From an uncultured Gemmataceae bacterium (GTDB lineage: Bacteria; Planctomycetota; Planctomycetia; Gemmatales; Gemmataceae), in the NCBI GenBank assembly GCA_963750165.1, contig CAVVPN010000003.1:1152001-1216000 (forward strand): a DNA stretch of 64,000 bases. Direction: 5' to 3'. This document shows, piece by piece, positions 1-10,357 of the stretch. Position numbers and translations under genes: made by a program. Below the pieces are notes generated by a model that did not search any database, was not told the DNA's origin, and worked only from the letters and a program-made list of their open reading frames with translations. Within the stretch, counting starts at the first letter, position 1. Every line of letters starts with the position of its first letter.

Positions 1-1
1 G

Positions 2-871
2 CCGCCATTCTGGCCGGACACTGAAAAAGTCCGCAGCGACATCCTCGACTATTACACGCGCGTGCAGCGCTTTGACGATCAGCTCGGCGAAGTGCTCGCC
101 GAACTGGAGAAGTCGGGTCGGGCGGAGGACACCATCGTCATCGTCATCAGCGACAACGGCATGCCGTTCCCGCGCTGCAAGGCCAACTGCTACGAGTTCA
201 GCACGCACATGCCGATGGCGGTGCGCTGGCCGGCGCAGATCAAGGCGGGCCGGCAGTGCGACGATTTTGTCAGCTTCATCGATTTGGCCCCGACCATCTT
301 GCAGGCGGCCGGCGTGGAAGTGCCGAAGGCGATGCACGGTCACAGCCTGCTGCCGCTGCTGAAGGACGCCCCAAACTGGAAGGGCCGCGACAAGGTGTTC
401 GTGGAGCGCGAGCGCCACGCCAACGTGCGCCAGGGCGATCTCAGTTACCCGGTGCGCGCAATCCGCACGAATGACTTCCTGTACGTCCGCAATCTGCGGC
501 CGGAGCGCTGGCCGGCGGGCGATCCGGAGCTGTACTTCGCGGTGGGGCCGTTCGGCGACGTGGATGACGGGCCGTGCAAGCGCGAGGTCATGCGCCTGGA
601 GAACAGCACGCCGCCGGAGAAAAAACTGTTCGCGTTGTCATTCGGCAAACGGCCGGCGGAGGAACTGTACGATCTCAGGAAGGATCCGTATGAGTTGGTG
701 AACGTGGCAGGCCGGGCGGAGTACGCGAAGGCGCAGGCGACACTGCGGGCGGAACTCGACCGCTGGATGCGGGAGACGAACGACCCACGCGCCGGCCCCG
801 GCGGCGGTGACGACCGCTGGGACAGGTTCAAGTATTACGGGGCGCCGGCCAAGAAGGTCAAGGGCGGCTAG
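2..871 (+). CDS. Sulfatase (N-sulfoglucosamine sulfohydrolase-like), 5' end outside window
   Basis: SDNGMPFPR-K-N-YE, SFIDLAPT and ELYDLRKDPYEL-N motifs of the sulfatase C-terminal half; frame is open to the window edge. Confidence 0.85.
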   Translation, partial: PPFWPDTEKVRSDILDYYTRVQRFDDQLGEVLAELEKSGRAEDTIVIVISDNGMPFPRCKANCYEFSTHMPMAVRWPAQIKAGRQCDDFVSFIDLAPTILQAAGVEVPKAMHGHSLLPLLKDAPNWKGRDKVFVERERHANVRQGDLSYPVRAIRTNDFLYVRNLRPERWPAGDPELYFAVGPFGDVDDGPCKREVMRLENSTPPEKKLFALSFGKRPAEELYDLRKDPYELVNVAGRAEYAKAQATLRAELDRWMRETNDPRAGPGGGDDRWDRFKYYGAPAKKVKGG

Positions 872-977
872 GTGTGCGCCGCCGGTCACTTGCCGTTGTG
901 CGCCGGACGAAATCCGCTATAGGGCTTCCCTCACGCTGCCCCCGCAGGCAGCGCCCCGTATCTCAGGGAGGGAATCC

Positions 978-2025
978 ATGCGCACGCGCAGTCTGGTCGT
1001 CGGCCTGGTGTCGGCGGCGTTGCTGGCGGGCCTCGCCGCCCCGGCGACGGCCCAGTGCCGCAAACAATCCACCCGGTGCCGCGAGGCAGGCCTCACCCTG
1101 CCAACCGCCCCGCCGCTGGTGACCAAAACCTATCCGATTGCCGACCTCGTGGTGCCGATCAACATGGACCCGGCTTCTGGCGAGCCCTTCAACGAGATGC
1201 AGACGCTGGAAGGCGACCTCATGCGGCTGATCACGCACACCGTCGCGCCCAAGAGTTGGGCTTCGGTCGGCGGCCGGGGCGCCTTGCAGTATTACCCGCT
1301 GGGCCTGGCGCTCGTCGTCACCCAGACGGAGGAGAACCACGCCGACATCCGCGACCTGTTGACCGCCCTGCGCCGGTTGCAGGACGTGGAGGTCGCCGTG
1401 CAACTGAGGGTCGTGAGCACCAGCGGCTGCGTGCTCGATCGCTCTGGCATGACGCCGTGCAGCACCGGTAAGCCCGTCCTGCTGGACGACGACCAGTTCA
1501 AGGAGTTCATCGGACTGGCCATGTCCAAGATGGAAGGCACCGTGATGCAGGCGCCGAAAATCACTGCGTTCAGCGGCCAGCGCGTCCGCATTCGGGTGGA
1601 GGATGAGGAGCGTTTCCTGGACGGCATGGACGTGGTTCAACAGGACGGCCGAGCCGTCCTGTTGCCGCGCTACAAGACCGTCTGCAACGGCTTTGACTTC
1701 AAAGTGCGGCCGACAGTGGCGGCCGACCGCGGCAGCGTGCCGCCTGGAAATGGACCTCGGCATGACCGACCCGCGGAACGAGGAAAGGCACCCGTTCGGC
1801 GCCCTCTGCGTGCTGGACGCGGACGGCGTCCGCGTCCAGGTTCGGCGCAACATCTCCGTCCCGGATGGCAAAACGGCGGTCCTGTTCGTGCGCCCGGCCG
1901 ACGGCACCCCGGCCGCAGAGGACGAGTGCCTGCTCCTGCTGGTGACGCCGCGCGTCGTCATCAACGAGTCGGAGGAGCAGGAGGTCATCCCCAACGGCAC
2001 GCTGCCGCCGATCCCGCGGCCATGA
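978..2025 (+). CDS. Exported protein with secretin/type II-III secretion-like domain; frameshift near 1740
   Basis: Signal peptide; VTKTYPIADLV, LVVTQT, LRRLQDVEVAV, QAPKITAFSGQ and LLLLVTPRVVI motifs split over two frames by one extra C. Confidence 0.6.
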
Positions 2026-2028
2026 CTT

Positions 2029-2117
2029 GATTGCAGATTGCCAATTGCAGATTGCCAATTGAAAGACAGCTGGCTGCTGTCTTTCAATTGGCAATCTGCA
2101 ATTGGCAATCTGCAATC
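2029..2117. repeat. Perfect 42-bp-arm inverted repeat built from ATTGCAG/ATTGCCA heptamers
   Basis: 2029-2070 is the exact reverse complement of 2076-2117; 5-nt loop. Confidence 0.95.
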
Positions 2118-2202
2118 GGAGTAGCGGACGCGGCCGGGCTGAGCTACAGTGAAAGCGTGCCGGCTTACGTCGGGCCGGCGCCACGCCCGGAGACCCTGAC
2201 CG

Positions 2203-3075
2203 ATGAACACTCTGCGCACCGAACCGCTCCGCCCGGTGTCGGCGACCAGCCGTGACGCCTGCCTGGTGCATATCTACCCCACCGGCCCCGACCTGGGCAA
2301 GCGCTTCACGCTCGGCGAGACCCCGATGGTGCTCGGCCGTGAGCCCGACTGCAACCTGTGCCTGAACGATTCGTCGGTGTCACGGCGGCACGCCCGGCTG
2401 CGGTTCGGCGACGGCGGCTACGTCCTGGAGGACCTGCAGAGCACCAACGGCACCTATGTCAACGACGAGCCGGTGACCGTGCGACTGCTCCGCGACGGCG
2501 ACTACGTGCGCGTCGGTAGCAGCATTTTCCGCTTCCTGATGGGCGGCAACGTCGAGGCGGACTACCACCAGGTCATTTACCGAATGACGATCATCGACGC
2601 CCTGACGGACATCCACAACAAGCGGGCGCTGCTGGAGTTCCTGGACCGCGAGTTGGTGCGCGCGCTCCGGCACCACCGGCCGCTGTCGTTGATCCTGTTC
2701 GACCTCGACCGCTTCAAGGCGATCAACGACACACTGGGCCACCTGGGCGGCGATCAGACGCTGCGCGACCTGGCGGCGCGGCTGCGCGGCACCATCCGCA
2801 AAGACGAGTTGTTCGCGCGCTACGGCGGCGAGGAGTTCGCGGTGGTACTGCCGGAGACGCCTGGCGTGGGGGCGGCGCAGTTCGGCGAACGACTGCGGCA
2901 GTTGACCGCGGCCGAGCCGTTCGTCTTCGAGGGCAAGTCCTACGCGGTGACGATCAGCGTCGGCGTGGCGACCACGCAGAGCGACCCGGACATGACCGCG
3001 GCGCGGTTGCTCCAGCTGGCCGACGAGAAGCTGTACCAGGCGAAGCACGCCGGCCGCAACCGCGTGGTGCGCTGA
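2203..3075 (+). CDS. FHA-domain diguanylate cyclase (FHA-GGDEF)
   Basis: FHA motifs GR, SRRHA and STNGT; GGDEF domain DLDRFKAINDTLGH...RYGGEEF. Confidence 0.92.
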   Translation: MNTLRTEPLRPVSATSRDACLVHIYPTGPDLGKRFTLGETPMVLGREPDCNLCLNDSSVSRRHARLRFGDGGYVLEDLQSTNGTYVNDEPVTVRLLRDGDYVRVGSSIFRFLMGGNVEADYHQVIYRMTIIDALTDIHNKRALLEFLDRELVRALRHHRPLSLILFDLDRFKAINDTLGHLGGDQTLRDLAARLRGTIRKDELFARYGGEEFAVVLPETPGVGAAQFGERLRQLTAAEPFVFEGKSYAVTISVGVATTQSDPDMTAARLLQLADEKLYQAKHAGRNRVVR

Positions 3076-3086
3076 GCCCGTTTCTT

Positions 3087-3117
3087 GGTTCCCTCCCCCA
3101 CCAGGGGGGAGGGGACC
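3087..3117. repeat. REP-like CCCTCCCC/GGGGAGGG hairpin
   Basis: ggttccctccccc-acca-ggggggaggggacc just downstream of the stop codon. Confidence 0.6.
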
Positions 3118-3190
3118 GGAAATGGCCCCTGTGTTGGAGGCATTTCCATCCCGTTTCGAGCACTGACATCATTTGGAGAGGGAGTCTTCC

Positions 3191-3970
3191 ATGCGGCCAT
3201 ATACTGTGGCGATCCTGGGCGTGCTGATGCTGACGGGCGCCGGGCGGGCGCAGGGCATCCTGAACGTGAGCGAGGAGGTGCGGAACGAGTTGCAGCACCT
3301 GCAAGGGAACTGGCGCGTGGAGACGGAGGAGAACGACGGCGTCAAGATTGCCGCCGCGGCCCTCAAGGGGCGCACCGTGTTTATCGGCGGCGACGCGCTG
3401 CTGATCCGGAACGGCCTGAAGGTCGAACTGGTGGCCAAGTTGAGTTTGGGCCCGGGGAAAACTCCCAAGACCGTGAACGCCGCGGTGCTGCAAGGCAAGG
3501 ACAAGGGCGTCACCATGCTGGGCATCTACGAACTGCGGAACGACACATTGCGGTTCTGCCTCGTCACCCAGGGCGAGAAGCGGCCGACCGAATACAAGAG
3601 CGTCGCCGGCTCCAACCTGCTGCTGCTGGTGTGCAAGCGCGTGCCGCCCAGCGACAAGGGGCTGCCGCGCATCACCGGCGTGTACAAGTCGGAGTGCCCG
3701 ATGCCCGACGGCACCCTGCAGGTCACCGAGGCGACGATTGAGCGGCACGGCGAGGGCTACCTGGTCACTTACCGCAAGGACGGCCAGTTAGCCTACATCG
3801 GTGTCGGCATGCGCACCGGCGACACGTTCTCGATGTGCTGGGCCGCAAACAAGCAGGTCGGGCTGTCGGTCTACCGGATCGAGCGCGGTCCGCGGTTGGT
3901 CGGCCAGTATACGGTGCTGGGCAGCATCGGCATGCAGTCCTCCGAGGTGCTGACGGTCAAGGACCAGTAA
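3191..3970 (+). CDS. TIGR03067 domain exported protein with extra C-terminal beta domain
   Basis: Signal peptide; LQGNWRV...GIYELRNDTLRFC...RPTEY pattern of the planctomycete extracellular domain. Confidence 0.75.
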   Translation: MRPYTVAILGVLMLTGAGRAQGILNVSEEVRNELQHLQGNWRVETEENDGVKIAAAALKGRTVFIGGDALLIRNGLKVELVAKLSLGPGKTPKTVNAAVLQGKDKGVTMLGIYELRNDTLRFCLVTQGEKRPTEYKSVAGSNLLLLVCKRVPPSDKGLPRITGVYKSECPMPDGTLQVTEATIERHGEGYLVTYRKDGQLAYIGVGMRTGDTFSMCWAANKQVGLSVYRIERGPRLVGQYTVLGSIGMQSSEVLTVKDQ

Positions 3971-3984
3971 AAACAGAAAAAACT

Positions 3985-4084
3985 GATCCACAGATGACAC
4001 AGATGAAACACAGATACAGACAAAGAAAATTAACCCAATCTTTCTTTGTCTGTATCTGTGTTTCATCTGTGTCATCTGTGGATC
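3985..4084. repeat. Perfect 44-bp-arm inverted repeat built from CACAGAT-containing units
   Basis: 3985-4028 is the exact reverse complement of 4041-4084; 12-nt loop; lies between convergent genes. Confidence 0.95.
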
Positions 4085-4097
4085 CGGGGTTTTAGAG

Positions 4098-5018
4098 TCA
4101 GTCGGGTGGGTGGCCGGCGGCAGTGCCAAGGCCGGCCACCGGCCGGCCCTCGGCGATGGCCCAGAAGTAATCGACATACGCCAGGCCGATGGCCAGCACG
4201 GCGCCGAGCAGCAGCCGCAGCGCCAGGCCGCGTGCCCAGCGTTCGCCGCCGCCGCCGGGTTGGTCCGCCCAGCGCCGCAGCCAGTGATCGACCCACAACC
4301 CCAGTGGCCAGGCCGCCAGGCAGACGCGCGGCAGCCAGCCGACCGCCGCCAGCACCGTTCCACCCAAAAAGCCAACGCCCAGGCACAACCGGGCCGCCGT
4401 CAGCGTGCCGCGCGGCCCGTGCGTGACCACCAGCGTGCGATAGCCACGGCGAGCGTCCTCGTCGCCCTGGAACGCCTGGGCCGCGAAGTAACAGCCGAGT
4501 ACGCCGAGGCTGCCGAGCAGCCAGGCAATCACCGAACGCACGTCCGGCCCGACGCCGACCACCGCCCAGCCCGCCAGCGGCGACAGCAGTCCGTAACCGA
4601 TCCAGTTGACCAGCGGCCCCAGCAGCGGCTGGCCCTTCCACGCCGTGCGCGGATGCGAGTAGAGCACGCTCAGCAGCGCACAGACGGCGACGGCCGCGCC
4701 CGCCACCGGCCCCGCGGCCGCGCCCAGCGCCACTGCCGCCAGCAGCGCCGCATAGCCCCAGAACTGGACGCCGGGCGGGGCGGGGACGGCGCGGCCGAGG
4801 AGAACCTCACCGGTGTCGCGGTCGAGGGCGGCGTTGAGCCAGAGGGTGCCGGCCTGCAACAGCGCCCAGGCGGCCAGCACGAACGGCAGCGCCCGTTCGC
4901 CGCGCAGCGGCAGCGCCCGGTCCCAGTGCGCCCAGCCGAAGCCGATCAGCGGCAGAAACAGCACGAACGGTAGCAGCCGCGGCCGGGCCAACCGCCACAG
5001 CGCTGCCGCGGTGCTCAC
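4098..5018 (-). CDS. UbiA-family prenyltransferase-like membrane protein
   Basis: LARP start, [18 protein letters not shown] and [10 protein letters not shown] motifs; many TM segments; GTG overlaps the queC stop (GTGA). Confidence 0.75.
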   Translation of the reverse strand: MSTAAALWRLARPRLLPFVLFLPLIGFGWAHWDRALPLRGERALPFVLAAWALLQAGTLWLNAALDRDTGEVLLGRAVPAPPGVQFWGYAALLAAVALGAAAGPVAGAAVAVCALLSVLYSHPRTAWKGQPLLGPLVNWIGYGLLSPLAGWAVVGVGPDVRSVIAWLLGSLGVLGCYFAAQAFQGDEDARRGYRTLVVTHGPRGTLTAARLCLGVGFLGGTVLAAVGWLPRVCLAAWPLGLWVDHWLRRWADQPGGGGERWARGLALRLLLGAVLAIGLAYVDYFWAIAEGRPVAGLGTAAGHPPD

Positions 5019-5710
5019 GGCCGCGGGGCGGCCGGGTCGGGCACGCCCACCTCCGCGAAGCCCTTCAAGCGTAACTGACAGGCGTCGCAGCGGCCGCAGC
5101 TGCTACCGTCGGGTGCCGGGTCGTAGCAGGTGCTGGTCAGGCCGTAATCGACGCCCAGCGCCAGACCGCGGCGGATGATGTCGGCCTTCGACAGGTGGAT
5201 GAGCGGCGTGTGAATGGTGAGGCGCTGCCGGCCCTCGACGCCGGCCTTCGTGGCGAGGTTCGCCAGCGCCTGGAACGCGGCGATGTACTCGGGGCGACAG
5301 TCGGGGTACCCGGACCAGTCAATCGCATTGACGCCAATAAAGATGTCATTCGTTTCCAGCACTTCCGCCCACGCCAGCGCGAACGACAGGAAGATGGTGT
5401 TGCGTGCCGGTACATAGGTGATGGGAATGCTGTGGGCCATGTCCTCCGGCGGCCGGTCCTTTGGCACGGCGATGTCGGCGGTGAGCGCCGAGCCGCCGAA
5501 CTGGCGCAGGTCGATGTCCACGACGACATGGCGGGCGACGCCGAACTGCGCTGCGATCCGCCGGGCCGCCGCGATCTCGACCTCGTGGCGCTGGCCATAG
5601 CGGAAGGTCAGCGCATACACCTCGAAGCCCTGGCTGCGGGCGATGGCCAGCGTCGTGGTCGAATCAAGGCCGCCGCTGAGCAGCACGACAGCGCGGGGTG
5701 GTTGCGTCAT
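5015..5710 (-). CDS. queC: 7-cyano-7-deazaguanine synthase
   Basis: [28 protein letters not shown] and C..CG.CDAC motifs. Confidence 0.95.
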   Translation of the reverse strand: MTQPPRAVVLLSGGLDSTTTLAIARSQGFEVYALTFRYGQRHEVEIAAARRIAAQFGVARHVVVDIDLRQFGGSALTADIAVPKDRPPEDMAHSIPITYVPARNTIFLSFALAWAEVLETNDIFIGVNAIDWSGYPDCRPEYIAAFQALANLATKAGVEGRQRLTIHTPLIHLSKADIIRRGLALGVDYGLTSTCYDPAPDGSSCGRCDACQLRLKGFAEVGVPDPAAPRP

Positions 5711-5812
5711 TGGCGGTTCCTCTCACTGGTGAGGCCGATTGTATTCCGCCGCCAGCGGCGTAGCGTTTTTTTCTGCGGCTTGCCGCATAGCGCGCTTCCG
5801 TCGCTGAAACGA

Positions 5813-5852
5813 ACACGGCCTCACCCCTTCGCAAAGGGGTGAGGCCGCGTGT
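5813..5852 (-). terminator. GC-rich hairpin, probable terminator of the 5877-7865 gene
   Basis: cggcctcacccctt / aaggggtgaggccg stem. Confidence 0.6.
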
Positions 5853-5876
5853 GGGTTCGCGATCTGGGCCGACCGC

Positions 5877-7865
5877 TTACTGCAGCGGCAGGTCCTTGAA
5901 GTTGAACGGCACCTGCATGCTAATCATGCGATAGCCGCTGAACACCAGGGCGGCCGCCTCGCCGGCGCCGTTGGGCCGGTACGTCAGCGACACTTCCTGG
6001 GTGATGACACCGTTAATGAACCGCGAAGCGTGGTACGTCTGGCCGACCAGCTGGAAGGCCTTGCCCTTGGCGTCCTGCACGATGGCCACGCCCTGCGTGG
6101 TGTTGAAGCCGGTGCCCGCCGGCGGGTTGATGCGGATGACGTTGTTGACGTTGTTCTGCACGTTCTCGATGCGCACCTGGACACGCACGTCGCCGTTGTT
6201 CAGCTTGTTGACGCCGACGACTTCCACCTTGCCGCCGTTGGGGCCCTTCGCCTCCTTGCCGGCCGCCTTGAGCAGGTTGTCGAATCGAATCAGGGCCTCG
6301 GGAGCGCTCATCATCTGGGCCGTCAGGTTGCCGGTCAATACCTTGAGGGCCTTGGACTGCTTCTCGCCCGCCTTGAGCCGCACCACAACGTAGCGCTGCA
6401 CCAGGTTGGGATTGTAGTAGGTGGAGGGGCCGCCGCGGATGATGATGCGGCCGTTGGGGCCGGCGATCGGGTTGTTGTCGGCCACCGGGTCCATGGTCAC
6501 GAACAGCGACTGACCGTGGTTGTCCATCGCCTTGTCGATCATGGCATTGCCGACCACGCCGAAGTGCTGCATGCGCGGCTCGCCGATCACCTCCAGCAGC
6601 AGCAGCACCTCGCCGTCCTTTTTGGAGCTGGCGACGTTGGGCTGCTGGCTCAGCGGCACCACGCGAACGCGCACCGCGCCGGCGTAGGAGGTCGGGTACG
6701 TCTGCGGAGCGCCGTCGCGCACCGTGATGTTGGTGTTCACGGTCAGCGGGTTGATCGGCCGGATCGTCCGGCCCCCGATGGGCTGAATGGCCGGCCGCAC
6801 CTGCGCCGGCATCACCTGCGCCGCCACGCCCTTCTGGACGCGGACCTGCGCCTTGCCGCCCGCCTGGCCGGCCTGCCCCGCCTGCCCGTTAATCTGCATG
6901 ACCTGGAAGTTGAAGTTGCCGTTCGGCGCGGGCTGAAGCTGCGGGAAGGCCGGCAGCTGCGGCGCTTCCTTCTGCAGCTGCTCGATCATCTTTTCCAGCA
7001 GCTTCTGCATTTCCTTTTCCATGCGGTCGGCCTGACCGTTCCGGGCCGGCTGGAAGTTGGGCAGCTGCAGCGGTGGCAGTTTGAGGCCGCCCTTGCCGTT
7101 GCCGTTGTTCTCCAGCTCCTTCTGCAGCTGGTCCATCAACTTCTGCAACTTCTCCATCATTTCCCGGTCCCGGGCGTTGATGACGCCAAGTTTGAACTTG
7201 ACGGGCGGCAACGGCTTAATCTGAATCGGCGGGTTGATCGGTTGAATCTGAATCGGTTGAAGCTGGATCGGCTGGATCTGGATCGGCTGCCGCCCGATCG
7301 GCTGCCGCCCGATGGGTCGAGGGTAGTAGCCGGAGGGATTGTACGGCGGCGTCACTTCGCTCAGGCCGCCCTTCTGGCACAGCTGATCGAACGCCTGCCA
7401 GAACGTTGTTTCGCCCGTCTCCAGCGTGATCTTGCGCTTGGCGAGCTGGGTGCGGTCGCCGTCCACCTGGATCGGGTAGCCGCTCTGCTTCGACAACTCG
7501 TCAACCGCGGCCATCACCGACACGTCCTTGAGCTTCAGGTTGACCTTCTTCGGCTGAAGCATGCTGTCGAGCGTCATCTTGTCTTCCAGCTTCCGGACGA
7601 GTTCGCCGGCGCGGCGGCTGGTCTCCATGTCCTCGCTCTTGGCGGCCTTGCGCAGCGCCTCGAGCGCCGCGGGCCCCATCGACTCCAGCTCCTTCTTGGC
7701 GCGGTCGCGGACGGCAAACTTCGGACTGCCCAGTTGCTGAATGAGTTGCTGAACGCGGTCAGCCTTATCGCCCTTGTCGCCGACAGCGTGAACGGCCTGG
7801 GGCGGTGAACTCAGAACCAGCGTCAGGCCCAGTGCCAGGGCCGGCAGCAGACAGCGATTCCACAT
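5877..7865 (-). CDS. Exported planctomycete hypothetical protein (HEAT-like plus STN-like N-terminus, Q/P/I-rich linker)
   Basis: Signal peptide; LIQQLGSPKFAVRDRAKKEL; long ORF with GC3 bias. Confidence 0.7.
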   Translation of the reverse strand: MWNRCLLPALALGLTLVLSSPPQAVHAVGDKGDKADRVQQLIQQLGSPKFAVRDRAKKELESMGPAALEALRKAAKSEDMETSRRAGELVRKLEDKMTLDSMLQPKKVNLKLKDVSVMAAVDELSKQSGYPIQVDGDRTQLAKRKITLETGETTFWQAFDQLCQKGGLSEVTPPYNPSGYYPRPIGRQPIGRQPIQIQPIQLQPIQIQPINPPIQIKPLPPVKFKLGVINARDREMMEKLQKLMDQLQKELENNGNGKGGLKLPPLQLPNFQPARNGQADRMEKEMQKLLEKMIEQLQKEAPQLPAFPQLQPAPNGNFNFQVMQINGQAGQAGQAGGKAQVRVQKGVAAQVMPAQVRPAIQPIGGRTIRPINPLTVNTNITVRDGAPQTYPTSYAGAVRVRVVPLSQQPNVASSKKDGEVLLLLEVIGEPRMQHFGVVGNAMIDKAMDNHGQSLFVTMDPVADNNPIAGPNGRIIIRGGPSTYYNPNLVQRYVVVRLKAGEKQSKALKVLTGNLTAQMMSAPEALIRFDNLLKAAGKEAKGPNGGKVEVVGVNKLNNGDVRVQVRIENVQNNVNNVIRINPPAGTGFNTTQGVAIVQDAKGKAFQLVGQTYHASRFINGVITQEVSLTYRPNGAGEAAALVFSGYRMISMQVPFNFKDLPLQ

Positions 7866-8198
7866 GTTCCAAACTCCTGTTCCCGGGGTGATCCTGTGCG
7901 TTGTTCGCGTGGGGGTCGGAACAAACACCCATCGAGGCAAAATAGTGATTCCTGGAAGTTGTACCTATTGTTTTAGGTGCTGTCAATGCACCTGTTTCAA
8001 TTTTTTTTATAATGTCGGTTTGCGTTCGGAAAGGGCAAGACCATCCCCGTGGTTCGCCCCAGGCGAGTCTACCTGATTGACGAACGACCCGCGCGAACGG
8101 TTTGGGTAATCTGGAAAAAAGAACCGCAAAGCAGCCCTGTCGTTTCCATGAACCCGAGCGAGCCGGGAGCGCGCCCCGGCTCGCCCTCCAGGTTGTTG

Positions 8199-10277
8199 TC
8201 ACTTCTTGCCGAGCACGTAGCGGTCCAGCCACGCCAGGTCCCACTCCATTTTCGCCTGCCGGTTGCGGTACTTCATCAGCCCGTGCGGCTCGCCCGGGTA
8301 GACCAGCAGTTCGGTCGGCACCTTCACATACTCCTTCAGCGCCCGGTACAGCATCCGGCTGTGGCCGGGCGGGCAGCGCTCGTCATTGGCGCCGACGTGG
8401 ATCAGTGTCGGCGTGCGAATCTTGTTGAGTTGATAGGTCGGCGACGCCTTGTGATACTTGTCGGCGCTGGCCCAGGGCAGGCCGCGCTTGAACACCATAC
8501 TGTACGCCGGCTCATCATTGCTGCCCCACTCCATGACCGCATCGACGATGCCCGCGCCGCTGATGGCCGCCTGGAAGCGCGTCGTGTGCGTGATGATGCA
8601 GTTCGTCAAATAGCCGCCGTTGCTCCAGCCCGACACCGCCAACCGCTTCGGGTCCGCGATGCCGCGCGCCACCAGCGCATCGACGCCCGCCAGGATGTCC
8701 TTCACGTCCAGGTCGTTCTCACGGCCGAGCAGGTCTGTTGTGAACTGGTCGCCGTAGCCGGTTGAGCCGCGGTAGTTCGGCGTCAGCAGGGCGTAGCCGC
8801 GCGCCGGTAGCAACGTGCGGCCGTAGATCCAGTATTGCAGCTTGAACGTCGCGGACGTGGTCGGGCCGCCGTGGATCTCGACCACCAGCGGCAGCGGGCC
8901 GTCGCCCTTCTTGTAGCCGGGCGGCAGTTCGAGGATGCCTTCCACCGGCGTGCCGTCCGGGGCCTTCCACGACACCACCGACAGCTGCGGCAGCTTCCAG
9001 GTGGCGGTCTGCGGGTTGACGTTCGTGAGGCGCCTGAGATCCTTATCATCCTCCCAGGTGCCGTCGGCTTTTTTTCGCCTGGCGGCGGTCAGGAAGTACA
9101 GATCCGGGAATGCAGTCGGGGTCGCCATCTGGACAACGATTTTCCCCCCGGCCCAGTTGCCGCTGAAATTCTCCACGACCACATCGCCGGGCGTCTGCGT
9201 GTAAAAAAGCACCTGAGGAGTGTCGTTTATCCAGATCACCAGGTACAGCCGGACCCGCCCCTTTTCCTCGCCAAGGAAGGCCAATCGATCACCGCCCATC
9301 CACTGCAACGGGCTGCCGTAGCCCTTGACTTGAACCCCCGGCGGCCGCGGCATCTTTTGGACGGTCTGCTTGTTCACGTCGGCGACGACGATCTCCGCGG
9401 GGTAGCCGTCGAAGATGACGTTGAAAGCAACGGTTTTGTCGTCCGGCGACCACGCCAGGTGCTCCAGCCAGCCATACGGGGAGGGCATGTCCTTGCGGAA
9501 CACCTTGTCCGCCACCGTGGCGATTTTGCCGGTGCGGGCGTCGTAAATGTCCACCCGCGACTTGCCCTCGAAGCTAACGACCGTGCTGTCCGGCGTCGTG
9601 ATCATGGCGATCCGCTCGCCGTCCGGAGCCAGCGCGAACTCGCGGATGACGCGGCCGGCGTCGATGATTTTCTTCGCACGCCACGATTGCAGGTCGAGCT
9701 TCCAGACCTGCGACACCTTATCGACACCGTGTCCGTAATCGATCTGCTTGAACTTCGCGCGCAGCGCCGCGAAGTCGCCGCCGACCGCCTCGCGCTCGGT
9801 CTGATAGAAGATTGCTTTCCCGTCGCGCGCCACGGCGAAGGCGCTGACGCCGCCCTCGACCTGCGTGACCGGGGTCGGGTCGCCACCATCAAGGGGGACG
9901 CGCCAGACCTGGGTCTTGCCGTCGAACGGCGCCCGGGCGCCGTCGCGCTTGCGGTTGGCCAGGACGTAGAGGTCGCCGCTGTCGGTCCACTGCGGCGAAC
10001 GGTACGAGGCGCGGTCGAAGGTGAGGCGCTTGCTCGGGCCGCCAGCGGTCTTGACCACCCACAGGTCGGTCTTGCGGTCGTCGGTGGACTGCTGCCAGCG
10101 GCCCTCGGTGTAGGCGACGAGCTTGCCGTCGGGCGAAATGGCGACCGCGAACAGGTCGGCCTGCGTGAAGTAGTCGGCGACGGTGATGTCGTGCGTGCGT
10201 TTGGCGTCCTGGGCGGCGGCCGGGCCGGCGAGGCCCAGCAACACCACAACGAGCAAGCGAGGACCGAGGCGCTGCAT
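8199..10277 (-). CDS. S9-family (prolyl oligopeptidase / acylaminoacyl) peptidase
   Basis: IHGGP, GWSNGG nucleophile motif, DERC and EPHG triad; N-terminal propeller; signal peptide. Confidence 0.92.
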   Translation of the reverse strand: MQRLGPRLLVVVLLGLAGPAAAQDAKRTHDITVADYFTQADLFAVAISPDGKLVAYTEGRWQQSTDDRKTDLWVVKTAGGPSKRLTFDRASYRSPQWTDSGDLYVLANRKRDGARAPFDGKTQVWRVPLDGGDPTPVTQVEGGVSAFAVARDGKAIFYQTEREAVGGDFAALRAKFKQIDYGHGVDKVSQVWKLDLQSWRAKKIIDAGRVIREFALAPDGERIAMITTPDSTVVSFEGKSRVDIYDARTGKIATVADKVFRKDMPSPYGWLEHLAWSPDDKTVAFNVIFDGYPAEIVVADVNKQTVQKMPRPPGVQVKGYGSPLQWMGGDRLAFLGEEKGRVRLYLVIWINDTPQVLFYTQTPGDVVVENFSGNWAGGKIVVQMATPTAFPDLYFLTAARRKKADGTWEDDKDLRRLTNVNPQTATWKLPQLSVVSWKAPDGTPVEGILELPPGYKKGDGPLPLVVEIHGGPTTSATFKLQYWIYGRTLLPARGYALLTPNYRGSTGYGDQFTTDLLGRENDLDVKDILAGVDALVARGIADPKRLAVSGWSNGGYLTNCIITHTTRFQAAISGAGIVDAVMEWGSNDEPAYSMVFKRGLPWASADKYHKASPTYQLNKIRTPTLIHVGANDERCPPGHSRMLYRALKEYVKVPTELLVYPGEPHGLMKYRNRQAKMEWDLAWLDRYVLGKK

Positions 10278-10357
10278 GGCGGAACCTCCTGGATGATGTG
10301 GGGCACGTCCAGGAGGCTATTGTTGGCGCGGCGCCGTGCGCGGCAATAGGTGCGGCG

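Noticed and set aside
5015..5710. queC as part of a Qat or Dpd defence system
   Set aside because: Canonical length and motifs; no ATPase, TatD or dpd genes nearby
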